Source of the DNA: Gaiellaceae bacterium
GTDB taxonomy: Bacteria > Actinomycetota > Thermoleophilia > Gaiellales > Gaiellaceae
DNA: 64,000 nucleotides
Direction of reading: 5' to 3'
Assembly: GCA_035999905.1 (NCBI GenBank)
Contig: DASYGK010000027.1
Location: 11,709 to 75,708 of the forward strand
The notes under the pieces were generated by a model. That model ran no database searches, was not told the origin of the DNA, and was given only the letters and a program-made list of their open reading frames with translations. The translations under genes and the position numbers were made by a program. Below, piece after piece: positions 38,895 to 46,815 of the stretch (its first letter is position 1; every line of letters starts with the position of its first letter).

Positions 38895-39616
38895 TCGCGC
38901 CCCTTCGACTCGAGCGCGCGCAGCGTCTCGAGCTCGAAGTCGGTCGGCGGAGCCGTGACGCCGACGTCGTCTGCGACAGCCAGCTCCCAGCCGGTCGCGG
39001 CTCGAACGTCGTCGATCTCGACGCCGGGATGCACGCGCACGAGCGTAAGCTCGCCGTCGCGCGGCTCGAGCGTGCCCAGATCGGTGACGACGACGCGGAC
39101 GCGGTCGCCGAGGCTCGTCTTGAAGTCGAGCTCCTCGACGAACGCACGCGGCGTCTGCCGCAGCATCACGAACACGTCGGCGACCGATGTCGCGATCTCC
39201 GGTGCGCCGCCGCCGCCGGGAAGCCGCACGCTCGGACTGTCGTAGTCGCCGATCACGGTGCTGTTGAGATTGCCATGACGGTCGATCTGCGCGGCGCCGA
39301 GGAAGCCGACGTCGATCCGGCCCGCCTGGAGCCAGTACGCGAACATCTCCGGGACGGAGACGACGGCGTCCGCGGTCTCGGCAAGCTCGCCGTCGCCGAT
39401 CGAGAGCGGAAGCTTGGTCGGCTTCGCGCCGATCGTGCCGCTCTCGTACACGAGCACGCAGTTCGGCGCGTGCGTGCGGCGCGCGAGATTCGCCGCGACG
39501 CTCGGCAGGCCGATCCCGACGAAGCAGACGTCGCCGTTCGCGAGGCGCCGCGCCGCCTCGACGGCCATCATCTCGTCGGATGTGAACGTCAGCGGCTGCT
39601 CGGAGGTCGCGGTCAT
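38891..39616 (-). CDS. pcaJ: 3-oxoadipate:succinyl-CoA transferase subunit B
   Basis: 241-aa tail of track ORF 38891..40003, from ATG 39616. It is a CoA-transferase family I beta subunit (VYESG active-site Glu region, GAAQID.HGN.N). Confidence 0.85.
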   Translation of the reverse strand: MTATSEQPLTFTSDEMMAVEAARRLANGDVCFVGIGLPSVAANLARRTHAPNCVLVYESGTIGAKPTKLPLSIGDGELAETADAVVSVPEMFAYWLQAGRIDVGFLGAAQIDRHGNLNSTVIGDYDSPSVRLPGGGGAPEIATSVADVFVMLRQTPRAFVEELDFKTSLGDRVRVVVTDLGTLEPRDGELTLVRVHPGVEIDDVRAATGWELAVADDVGVTAPPTDFELETLRALESKGRE

Positions 39617-40425
39617 GCAGCGACGGCCCCGAGCACGTGCTCCTGCATCCACGCCGTGAATGTCGCACGGTCGCGGCTGATCCCGTCCCACGCCGCATAG
39701 AACTCGTTGTCGCGGTCGTAGTACCCGTGCGCGTACGACGGCCGCGCGCCGCCCGGTGCCTCGGCGACCACGTCGATCACCCACGTCGGCAGCACGACCG
39801 CGCCGGGACGCGGCTCGAGCTCGTCGACGACCTCTTCGACCGTGACTATCGACCGCGCGGACGCGAGCACTGTCTCCTTCTGCACGCCGGTGATTCCCCA
39901 CAGCTGCACGTTCCCCCGACGGTCTGCCTGCTGCGCGTGGATGATGCCGACGTCCGGCCGCAGCGCCGGGACGGCCGAGAGCTCCTCGCCGGTGAACGGG
40001 CACGTGACCGTGGCGACGCGCGTGCGCGCAACGAGATCGGTGCCTGCGTAACCGCGCAGGACGCCGAACGGCAGCGCGGCCGCTCCGGCCGCGTACGCCG
40101 CCGCCATGCCGGCATGCGAGTGCTCCTCGAGCTCGAGAGGGGCGGGCCAGCCGTGCTCGACCGCGTCTCGCAGGCGGTGCAGCGAGCCGACGCCCGGGTT
40201 GCCGCCCCAGCTGAAGACGAGCTTCCGCGCCACGCCCATGCCGATCATCTGGTCGTAGACGAGGTCGGGCGTCATGCGGACGAGCGTCAGCTCGCGCAGG
40301 CGCTGCCGGATCAGCTCGTGACCGGCGGCGTTCGGGATCAGGTGCGTGAAGCCCTCGAGCGCGACGGTGTCCCCGTCGTGCACGAGCTCGCGTACGGCCT
40401 CCGAGAGAGTGACGATCTCCGCCAT
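39613..40425 (-). CDS. pcaI: 3-oxoadipate:succinyl-CoA transferase subunit A
   Basis: 270 aa. CoA-transferase alpha-subunit pattern. It is the first gene of the overlap-coupled pca operon. Confidence 0.85.
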   Translation of the reverse strand: MAEIVTLSEAVRELVHDGDTVALEGFTHLIPNAAGHELIRQRLRELTLVRMTPDLVYDQMIGMGVARKLVFSWGGNPGVGSLHRLRDAVEHGWPAPLELEEHSHAGMAAAYAAGAAALPFGVLRGYAGTDLVARTRVATVTCPFTGEELSAVPALRPDVGIIHAQQADRRGNVQLWGITGVQKETVLASARSIVTVEEVVDELEPRPGAVVLPTWVIDVVAEAPGGARPSYAHGYYDRDNEFYAAWDGISRDRATFTAWMQEHVLGAVAA

Positions 40426-40580
40426 CGGCTCAGAACGGGTGAGGGTGACCCACCCTGGACCGCTTGGCCGCGCGTACCTCAGACCTGACGCTCGTCACGT
40501 CGTCTCCTCTCCCGTGGCGGATCGGCAGCAAGCGTGGCGGGTGGGCTGCCGCCCTGTCAAGGCAGCGTACGAGCAGGCCT

Positions 40581-40596
40581 TCCCGTTCGTCAAGAC
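40581..40596. promoter_or_regulatory. Box A: TCCCGTTCGTCAAGAC (shared 16-nt box; minus-strand TTGACG -35 of a candidate pca promoter)
   Basis: 15/16 identical to Box C at 54799-54814. On the minus strand, TTGACG (40588-40593), an 18-nt spacer and TACGCT (40564-40569) point toward pcaI. Confidence 0.5.
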
Positions 40597-40636
40597 ACCG
40601 TTCTGTTTAGTCGAACAACTTTTTACGTCAGGACTG

Positions 40637-40652
40637 TTCCATTCGTCAAGAC
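40637..40652. promoter_or_regulatory. Box B: TTCCATTCGTCAAGAC (second copy of the shared box)
   Basis: 14/16 identical to Box A, 56 nt away, in the same orientation. On the minus strand, TTGACG, an 18-nt spacer and TAAAAA form a second leftward promoter candidate. Confidence 0.45.
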
Positions 40653-40675
40653 AGTGATCTAGTATCCGGGACGTG
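40637..40675 (+). promoter_or_regulatory. Candidate rightward promoter in the pca / liv-type divergent region
   Basis: TTCCAT (40637-40642), 17-nt spacer, TAGTAT (40660-40665), 7 nt, then GTG 40673. This is the same architecture as the iclR promoter candidate at 54819-54856. Confidence 0.4.
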
Positions 40676-40969
40676 ACAGCGGCGACGGAGACGTTGGGCG
40701 GGACGCTGGACCCATCCGGCCCGCCGCGGGTGAGGGCGTGGGACCGGGCCGGCCCGGCGGGTGCGAGCCCGCCGTGCCTTGACTCTTCGCCGGAGGCCGA
40801 TTTACGGTCGCCGGGCACCAGCGTACGACGCGAGTCCCTCCGCATGGCCTCGACGCGAGGAGGACGCACTTGACGAGATCGTGATCGGAGGGGCGCGGCG
40901 GCTCTCGCGTCGCGCCGACCGCCTCGTGGCTCAAGTCAAAGGAAGCGACAGATCCAGAGGAGAGACCTG

Positions 40970-42277
40970 ATGAGATCGACGAAGATCAAAATCGGTGTTG
41001 CGTTCGCCGCCAGCGGGCTTCTCGCGCTGATGCTGACGGCGGCCGCCATCGGTGCGGGAAGCGCGGCACGCGTCGGCTCCGGAACGGCGTCCGCGACGAA
41101 GTCCGTGTGCGGGCTGGGGACCGGGAAGAAGGCAACCGGAACGCCGATCAAGCTCGGCGGCATCGACATGCTCATCCCCGGCGTGGACTTCACCACGATC
41201 GGCAAGGTCGCGCAGGCGTACTTCAACTGCGTCAACGACAACGGCGGCATTCACGGTCGCCCGATCAAGTACATCCTCTACAACGAGCAGCTCAACCCGG
41301 CGCAGGAAGCGTCGCTCGCCAGGAAGCTGATCCAGAGCGACAAGGTCGTCGGGATCGTCGGGAACACGAGCTTCGCCGAGTGCGGGACGAACGCCAAGTA
41401 CTACGCGAGCAAGGGCTTCGTCGTGATCGGCGCGGGCGTCCAGGCGGAGTGCTACAGCACGCCGGCGTTCGCCGAGGTGAACAACGGGCCGCGGTACAGC
41501 AACGTCGGTGCGGCGCAGGCACTCATCAAGGCCGGCGTGAAGAAGCTCGCGATTGCATCGCCGGACACGATCTCCGCGTACGCGGACGGCGGGCCGGCTC
41601 TCGTCGCGCAGAAGGCGGGTATCCCGGTCAAGATCTTCCCGACCCACCTGCCGGTCACCGACGCCACCTCGCAGCTGCTGCAGATGTACCAGTTCGCCGG
41701 TGAAGGCGGAGGCATCCTGCTCGACTTCACCCCCGATACCGCTCCGGCGTTCATGAAGGCCGCCGAGGCGCAGAACATCGTCGACAAGGTGAAGTGGGGC
41801 TCGTCCACCCCGATCGCGAACACGTTCATGGCCGGGCAGTTCTCGCCCGCGTTCGACGGTCATCTGTGGATCGACAACGAGTTCAGCAACGTCGACCCGA
41901 CCGTCGGACCCGACTCGGCGCTGATGTTCCAGGTGCTCAAGAAGTACGCGCCGACGATCGCTCCGCAGGCGTTCGGGCAGATGGGCTTCCTCGACGGGAA
42001 GTTCGCCGTCAACGCGCTGATGAGCGTCAAGGGCGCGATCACCGCGAAGTCGTACAACGCGGCGGTCAGGGCGCTCAAGAACCAGAAGAGCGACATGTTG
42101 TGCGCCCCCTTCTACGTGGGGAACCTCGCGTACCACATCCCGAACAACTCGGACATCATCGTCGACTACAAGAACGGCGCCGTCGTCGTCAAGCAGACGT
42201 GCTTCCGGATTGAGGCGGTCGACAAGGCGATCAGCCAGACGCGGGTCTGGGAGAAGAAGTTCCACCTGCAAGGCTGA
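40970..42277 (+). CDS. ABC transporter substrate-binding protein, LivJ/Leu-Ile-Val-binding (type I PBP) family
   Basis: 435 aa. GAGGAGAG lies before ATG 40970. It has a signal peptide with a hydrophobic core (GVAFAASGLLALMLTAAAIGAGSA) and LivJ-like blocks (IKLGGI, GG..GR.I, VVGIVG). Confidence 0.85.
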   Translation: MRSTKIKIGVAFAASGLLALMLTAAAIGAGSAARVGSGTASATKSVCGLGTGKKATGTPIKLGGIDMLIPGVDFTTIGKVAQAYFNCVNDNGGIHGRPIKYILYNEQLNPAQEASLARKLIQSDKVVGIVGNTSFAECGTNAKYYASKGFVVIGAGVQAECYSTPAFAEVNNGPRYSNVGAAQALIKAGVKKLAIASPDTISAYADGGPALVAQKAGIPVKIFPTHLPVTDATSQLLQMYQFAGEGGGILLDFTPDTAPAFMKAAEAQNIVDKVKWGSSTPIANTFMAGQFSPAFDGHLWIDNEFSNVDPTVGPDSALMFQVLKKYAPTIAPQAFGQMGFLDGKFAVNALMSVKGAITAKSYNAAVRALKNQKSDMLCAPFYVGNLAYHIPNNSDIIVDYKNGAVVVKQTCFRIEAVDKAISQTRVWEKKFHLQG

Positions 42278-42313
42278 TCGCGGAGTGACGATCAGGGTGT
42301 CCGGAGGTGTCGA

Positions 42314-43243
42314 TTGAGCTACGTGCTCGGCTTCAGCGTGTTCGGCGTCGACTGGCAGTTCGTCAAGCCGTTCATCGTCATCGGTCTCGCGTTCGGCGGC
42401 GTGTACGCGCTGTCCGGCGTCGGGCTGGTCGTGCTGTACCGGGCAACGGGTGTGCTCAACGTCGCGTTCGGAGCCATCGGCGCCGCCGGCGCCCTGATCG
42501 CCTATTACCTGCTGAACCACACGAGCTGCCCCGACTGGCTTGCGTTCTCGATCTGCGTCGCCTTCGGCGGGGTCGTCAATCTCGCCTACGGCATGATCTT
42601 CGGCCCCGCCTTCGCGCGACGCGATCCGCTCGTGAAGATGATGGGCACGCTCGGGCTCGCACTCATCCTCCTCGGGCTGATGGCGTGGCGGGCGCCGGCC
42701 GGCGGTGCGTTCGCGCGCTTCCTGCCGCTGCCGAGCTCCTCGCACCACTTCACCATCCTGAAGACCACCGTGAGCCTCACGCAGGTGATCGCGATCGGGC
42801 TCGCGCTCGCGATCACCACAGCAGTCAGCGTCTTCCTCCGCGTGACGAAGCTCGGCACGGCGATGCGGGCGCTCGCGAACGACCGTGACGTGACGGCCAC
42901 GCTCGGCGTGCCCGTCCGGAGGGTCGAGGCCGCCGCCTGGTTCGGCTCCGGCCTCGCCTGCGGAGCTGCCGGCCTGCTGCTGCCCGATCTCCTCACGTCG
43001 CTCGACTACTCGGCGCTCACGTTTCTCGTCATCTCCTCGCTCGCCGCCGCGCTGATCGGGCGGCTGCGCTCCCTCTGGGTCACGATGTTCGGCGGGCTCG
43101 CCGTCGGCGTCGCGCAGTCGGTGCTCAGCCCGTACGGGAACGTCTCCGCGTACCGCTCGGCGGCGCCGTTCGTGCTGGCGATCGTCGCGCTCCTCTACCT
43201 CTCGCGCAGGCGCGTCGTCACGATCTCGCGGGCCACGGGGTGA
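42314..43243 (+). CDS. Branched-chain-type ABC permease (LivH family)
   Basis: 309 aa with about 8 TM segments. The LivH pattern is present (GLAFGGVYALSGVGLVVLY, NVAFGA, TKLGTAMRALANDRD). Confidence 0.88.
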   Translation: MSYVLGFSVFGVDWQFVKPFIVIGLAFGGVYALSGVGLVVLYRATGVLNVAFGAIGAAGALIAYYLLNHTSCPDWLAFSICVAFGGVVNLAYGMIFGPAFARRDPLVKMMGTLGLALILLGLMAWRAPAGGAFARFLPLPSSSHHFTILKTTVSLTQVIAIGLALAITTAVSVFLRVTKLGTAMRALANDRDVTATLGVPVRRVEAAAWFGSGLACGAAGLLLPDLLTSLDYSALTFLVISSLAAALIGRLRSLWVTMFGGLAVGVAQSVLSPYGNVSAYRSAAPFVLAIVALLYLSRRRVVTISRATG

Positions 43244-44331
43244 GGGCTGCAGGCGCGTCCACCGGCCGCGCCGACCGGGCGCGCGCCGTGCAGAGCATCG
43301 GTAGGGCGAACGTCATCCGTGGCGTCGTCGCCGTCGCGCTGCTTGCGATCGCGATCTTCGCGCTGCCGCACCTCGCGGGCGCCGACTGGGTGACGACGTT
43401 CACGAGCGTCGCGATCTATTCCGTCGTCGCGCTCGGGTTCGGGATCCTCTACGGCAGGGTCGGCCTCATCTCGCTCGGCCAGGTCGCGCTGCTCACGATC
43501 GGCTGCTGGGTGGGTGCGCGGATCGCGTATGCGACCTCGCTGCCGTTCCCGCTGCTTCTGCTGGCGACCGGTGGCATCACCTGCGCGATCGGCGTGCTCG
43601 TCGGCCTCCCGGCGTTGCGCCTCTCCGGCCTCTATCTCGCGCTCGTCACGCTCATGTTCGCCGGTGCGACGACCGTCGTCCTTTCGGTCACCGACTTCCC
43701 GAACGGCGCCGGCGGCTTCACGGGCCGCTCCGCCACCGGTGCGTTGACCACCAGCACGCCGCCGGTGCGGAGGCCGTCGTGGGCGGTCGGGGATGTCGCG
43801 TACTACCGCTACACCGTGATCGTCGCAGCGCTGCTCTTCCTGCTCGCGCTCCTCCACGTCTCGGGCAAGCCGGGCCGCGCGTGGGCGTCGATCCGGGAGA
43901 GCGAGCCGGCGGCGCTCGCCGCGGGCGTCAACATCACGCTCTACAAGCTCTGGGCCTTCGCGCTCGCGTCCTTCGTTACCGGCGTCGCGGGCTGCCTGCT
44001 CGCGGCCCAGGTCGGCGTGCCGCGGGCGATCACGTTCCAGACGCAGGACTCGCTCACGCTCGCCGCAACCGCGCTGATCGGGGGCATCTTCAGCATCTGG
44101 GGTGCGGTCGTCGCAGGCGTCTTCAACCAGCTCCTGCCCTTTCTGTTTCAGGCCGTCTGGGGCCTCAATCCGAACTTCCTGCTGATCCTCTTCGGCGCCG
44201 GACTGCTGCAGGTGCTGCTGACCGCGCCGGGCGGCCTCGTCGAGCAGTTCCCGAAGGACATGGCGAACCTCGGCCGCCTGCTGTACCAGAGCGCGCGCCG
44301 CCTCGTGGGCGGGACGAAGAAGGCGTCGTGA
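43240..44331 (+). CDS. Branched-chain-type ABC permease (LivM family)
   Basis: 363 aa. GTGA overlap with the upstream gene. LivM blocks are present (YGRVGLISLGQVA, LPALRLSGLYLALVTLMFA, GRAWASIRESE.AA...G). Confidence 0.88.
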   Translation: MRAAGASTGRADRARAVQSIGRANVIRGVVAVALLAIAIFALPHLAGADWVTTFTSVAIYSVVALGFGILYGRVGLISLGQVALLTIGCWVGARIAYATSLPFPLLLLATGGITCAIGVLVGLPALRLSGLYLALVTLMFAGATTVVLSVTDFPNGAGGFTGRSATGALTTSTPPVRRPSWAVGDVAYYRYTVIVAALLFLLALLHVSGKPGRAWASIRESEPAALAAGVNITLYKLWAFALASFVTGVAGCLLAAQVGVPRAITFQTQDSLTLAATALIGGIFSIWGAVVAGVFNQLLPFLFQAVWGLNPNFLLILFGAGLLQVLLTAPGGLVEQFPKDMANLGRLLYQSARRLVGGTKKAS

Positions 44332-45044
44332 TCGAGGTCGCCGGTCTCACCGTCCGCTTCGCGGGCGTCACGCCGATCGACGACATGAGCGTGACGTTCC
44401 CCGGCGGCACGTGCGGCCTCATCGGCCCGAACGGCGCCGGCAAGACGACCTTCTTCAACGTGCTCAGCGGGTTCGTCAAGCCCGCAGCGGGCACGGTCAG
44501 CGCATTCGGAGAGAACGTGCTCGCGATGGCCGACTTCAGGCGCGCGCGCTGGGGACTGCGCCGGACGTTCCAGACCGAGATGGCGATCGAGAAGCTTTCC
44601 GTCTACGACAACGTTGCGATGATCCACGAGCACTCGGGTGCGAAGCGCGCGTCGCGCCGGCCCGACGTGCTGAGCGCGATCGAGTTCGTCGGTCTCGACG
44701 CGTCGCCGAAGGCCAAGGTCGGGACGCTCGGTGCGCGCGAACGGCGGCTCGTCGAGGTGGCGCGCGCCGTGGTGGGAAGCCCCCGCGTCGTCCTCCTGGA
44801 CGAGCCGGCGGCCGGCCTGCCGGACGAGGAGACGGAACAGCTCGGCGCGGTGATCAAGCGTATCCCGGAGCAGTTCGGCGCGCTCGTGATCCTCGTCGAC
44901 CACGACATGAGCCTCGTCTCGGGCTGCTGCGAGACGACGGCGGTGCTCGACTTCGGCAAGCTGATCGCCTCGGGACCGACGGCGCACGTGCTGCGCGACG
45001 AGCACGTGATGCGCGCGTACCTCGGTACGGCGGAGGAGCTGTGA
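44328..45044 (+). CDS. ABC ATP-binding protein (LivG family)
   Basis: 238-aa tail of track ORF 43779..45044, from GTG 44328 (GTGA overlap). Walker A GPNGAGKTT, Walker B VLLDEPAAGL. Confidence 0.9.
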   Translation: MIEVAGLTVRFAGVTPIDDMSVTFPGGTCGLIGPNGAGKTTFFNVLSGFVKPAAGTVSAFGENVLAMADFRRARWGLRRTFQTEMAIEKLSVYDNVAMIHEHSGAKRASRRPDVLSAIEFVGLDASPKAKVGTLGARERRLVEVARAVVGSPRVVLLDEPAAGLPDEETEQLGAVIKRIPEQFGALVILVDHDMSLVSGCCETTAVLDFGKLIASGPTAHVLRDEHVMRAYLGTAEEL

Positions 45045-45808
45045 CGGACGCCGGCCCGACGCTGCGCCTCGACGGTCTCACGGTCGCGCGGGGAGGGCGG
45101 CCGGTCGTGCGCGACGTCTCGCTCGAGATCCCGCCGGCGCAGGTGACGACGCTGCTCGGCGCGAACGGCGCCGGCAAGTCGACGCTCGTCCTGTCGGTCG
45201 CGGGCCTGCTGCGGCCGAGCGCGGGGCGCGTGCTGCTGGGCGACCGCGACCTCACGCGCCTGCGGCCCGAGCAGGTGCGCACGGCGGGTGTCGCGGTCGT
45301 GCCGGAGGGGCGCCGCCTGCTGCCGGAGCTCACCGTGGAGGACAACCTCCGTGTCGCGACGTACGCGCTGTCGAGCGCGCACGCGAAGGAAGGCATCGCG
45401 TACGCACTCGAGCTCTTCCCCGAGCTCGAGAAGCGCTGGACAGCGCCGGCGCGGCTGCTCTCCGGCGGCGAGCAGCAGATGGTCGTGCTCGCGCAGGCGC
45501 TCGCCGCCCGGCCGAAGATCCTGCTCGTCGACGAGCTCTCGCTCGGTCTAGCGCCGGTCGTCGTCAAGCGTCTCGTCCCGACGCTCCAGACGGTGGCTGC
45601 GGAGGGTGTCGGCGTCCTGCTGATCGAGCAATTCGCACACGTCGCCCTGGCGCTCGCGGAGACGGCGTACGTCATCGAGGGAGGCCGCATCCGCTACAGC
45701 GGCACCTCGCAGAAGCTGAGGGACGAGCCCGAGCTCCTGCGTTCGGCCTACCTGCTCCGCGACATGGAGGCCAAGGCGACGCCCGGCCTCGACGTCGACC
45801 TGATCTAG
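45041..45808 (+). CDS. ABC ATP-binding protein (LivF family)
   Basis: 255-aa tail of track ORF 44411..45808, from GTG 45041 (GTGA overlap). Walker A GANGAGKST, signature LSGGEQQM, Walker B LLVDELSLGL. Confidence 0.9.
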   Translation: MTDAGPTLRLDGLTVARGGRPVVRDVSLEIPPAQVTTLLGANGAGKSTLVLSVAGLLRPSAGRVLLGDRDLTRLRPEQVRTAGVAVVPEGRRLLPELTVEDNLRVATYALSSAHAKEGIAYALELFPELEKRWTAPARLLSGGEQQMVVLAQALAARPKILLVDELSLGLAPVVVKRLVPTLQTVAAEGVGVLLIEQFAHVALALAETAYVIEGGRIRYSGTSQKLRDEPELLRSAYLLRDMEAKATPGLDVDLI

Positions 45809-46815
45809 GGCACGAGCACGGCGCGGCCGGTGACCTCGCCGTCGCGGAGCTTCGCGAGCACGTCGTTCACGTCGGCGAGCGGATGGGTCTCGGTCTTCAG
45901 GACGACCTTCCCTGCGGCATGGAGCTGCAGGAGCTCCCAGAGATCGACCCACGTGCCGACGAGGTTGCCGACCACCGCGTGCTCGTTGACGACGAGCGCG
46001 CCCGACGGGATCGAGATCGTTCCGCCGTAGCCGATCACCGAATACGTCCCGCCGCGCGCGAGGATCGCCGCCGAGTCCGCGTGCGTCTGGTCCGTGCCGA
46101 CGAAGTCGAACACGATGTCCGCTCCTCGTCCGCCGGTCGCGTCGCGCACCGCGTCCGCGCTCGGGACGACCTCGTCCGCGCCGAGCTCCGCGGCGAGGCG
46201 GCGCCTGCGCTCGTCCGTGTCCACCGCGATCACCGTGCTCGATCCGAGCGTGCGCACGAGTTGCAGCGCGATGTGCCCGACGCCGCCAACGCCGATCACG
46301 GCCGCCGTCGTCCCCGGGGTCGCGAGATGTGCGAGCTTTCGCACCGCGTGGTACGCGGTGAGCCCCGCGTCGGCGTGCGGTGCGACCGCTGCCGGCTCGA
46401 CACCGGCGGGTAGCCGGACGAGCGAGCGCTCCGACACGAGCACGTAGTCGGCGAACCCGCCGTCGACGGAGAGCCCCGTGAACTGATGACGGTCGCAGTG
46501 CATGTCGTTGCCGCGGCGGCACGCGACGCAGAGGCCGCAGCTGTACGGCGGATAGACGAGCACGGCGTCGCCCGGTGCGACCGTCGTCACCCCGTCACCC
46601 GTCTCCTCGACCCAGCCCGCGTTCTCGTGGCCGAGCACGCGCGGCAGCGTCACGCCGGCGGGCTCCATCAGGCCCTCCATCGCGTGCAGGTCGGTGGCGC
46701 AGACGCCGGCGCCGCCGATCCGCACGAGCACGTCGTTCGGGCGCGCGACCTCGGGCACGGGACGCTCGACGAGCTCGAGCGGCCGATGGTACTCGCGCAT
46801 GAGTGCGGCTCTCAT
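45805..46815 (-). CDS. Zinc-dependent alcohol dehydrogenase (MDR family)
   Basis: 336-aa tail of track ORF 45805..47736, from ATG 46815. Catalytic zinc block GVCATDLH...GHENAGWV, structural zinc Cys cluster CGLCVACRRGNDMHC, Rossmann motif VIGVGGVGH. Confidence 0.88.
   Translation of the reverse strand: MRAALMREYHRPLELVERPVPEVARPNDVLVRIGGAGVCATDLHAMEGLMEPAGVTLPRVLGHENAGWVEETGDGVTTVAPGDAVLVYPPYSCGLCVACRRGNDMHCDRHQFTGLSVDGGFADYVLVSERSLVRLPAGVEPAAVAPHADAGLTAYHAVRKLAHLATPGTTAAVIGVGGVGHIALQLVRTLGSSTVIAVDTDERRRRLAAELGADEVVPSADAVRDATGGRGADIVFDFVGTDQTHADSAAILARGGTYSVIGYGGTISIPSGALVVNEHAVVGNLVGTWVDLWELLQLHAAGKVVLKTETHPLADVNDVLAKLRDGEVTGRAVLVP

Noticed and set aside
40673-40873. 66-aa ORF in the leader of the LivJ-type transporter
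   Set aside because: Its GTG sits where a leaderless transcript would begin and its GC3 is fairly high. However, the product is a disordered Pro/Gly/Arg/Ser-rich peptide with no family, so the evidence is too weak to call it a gene.
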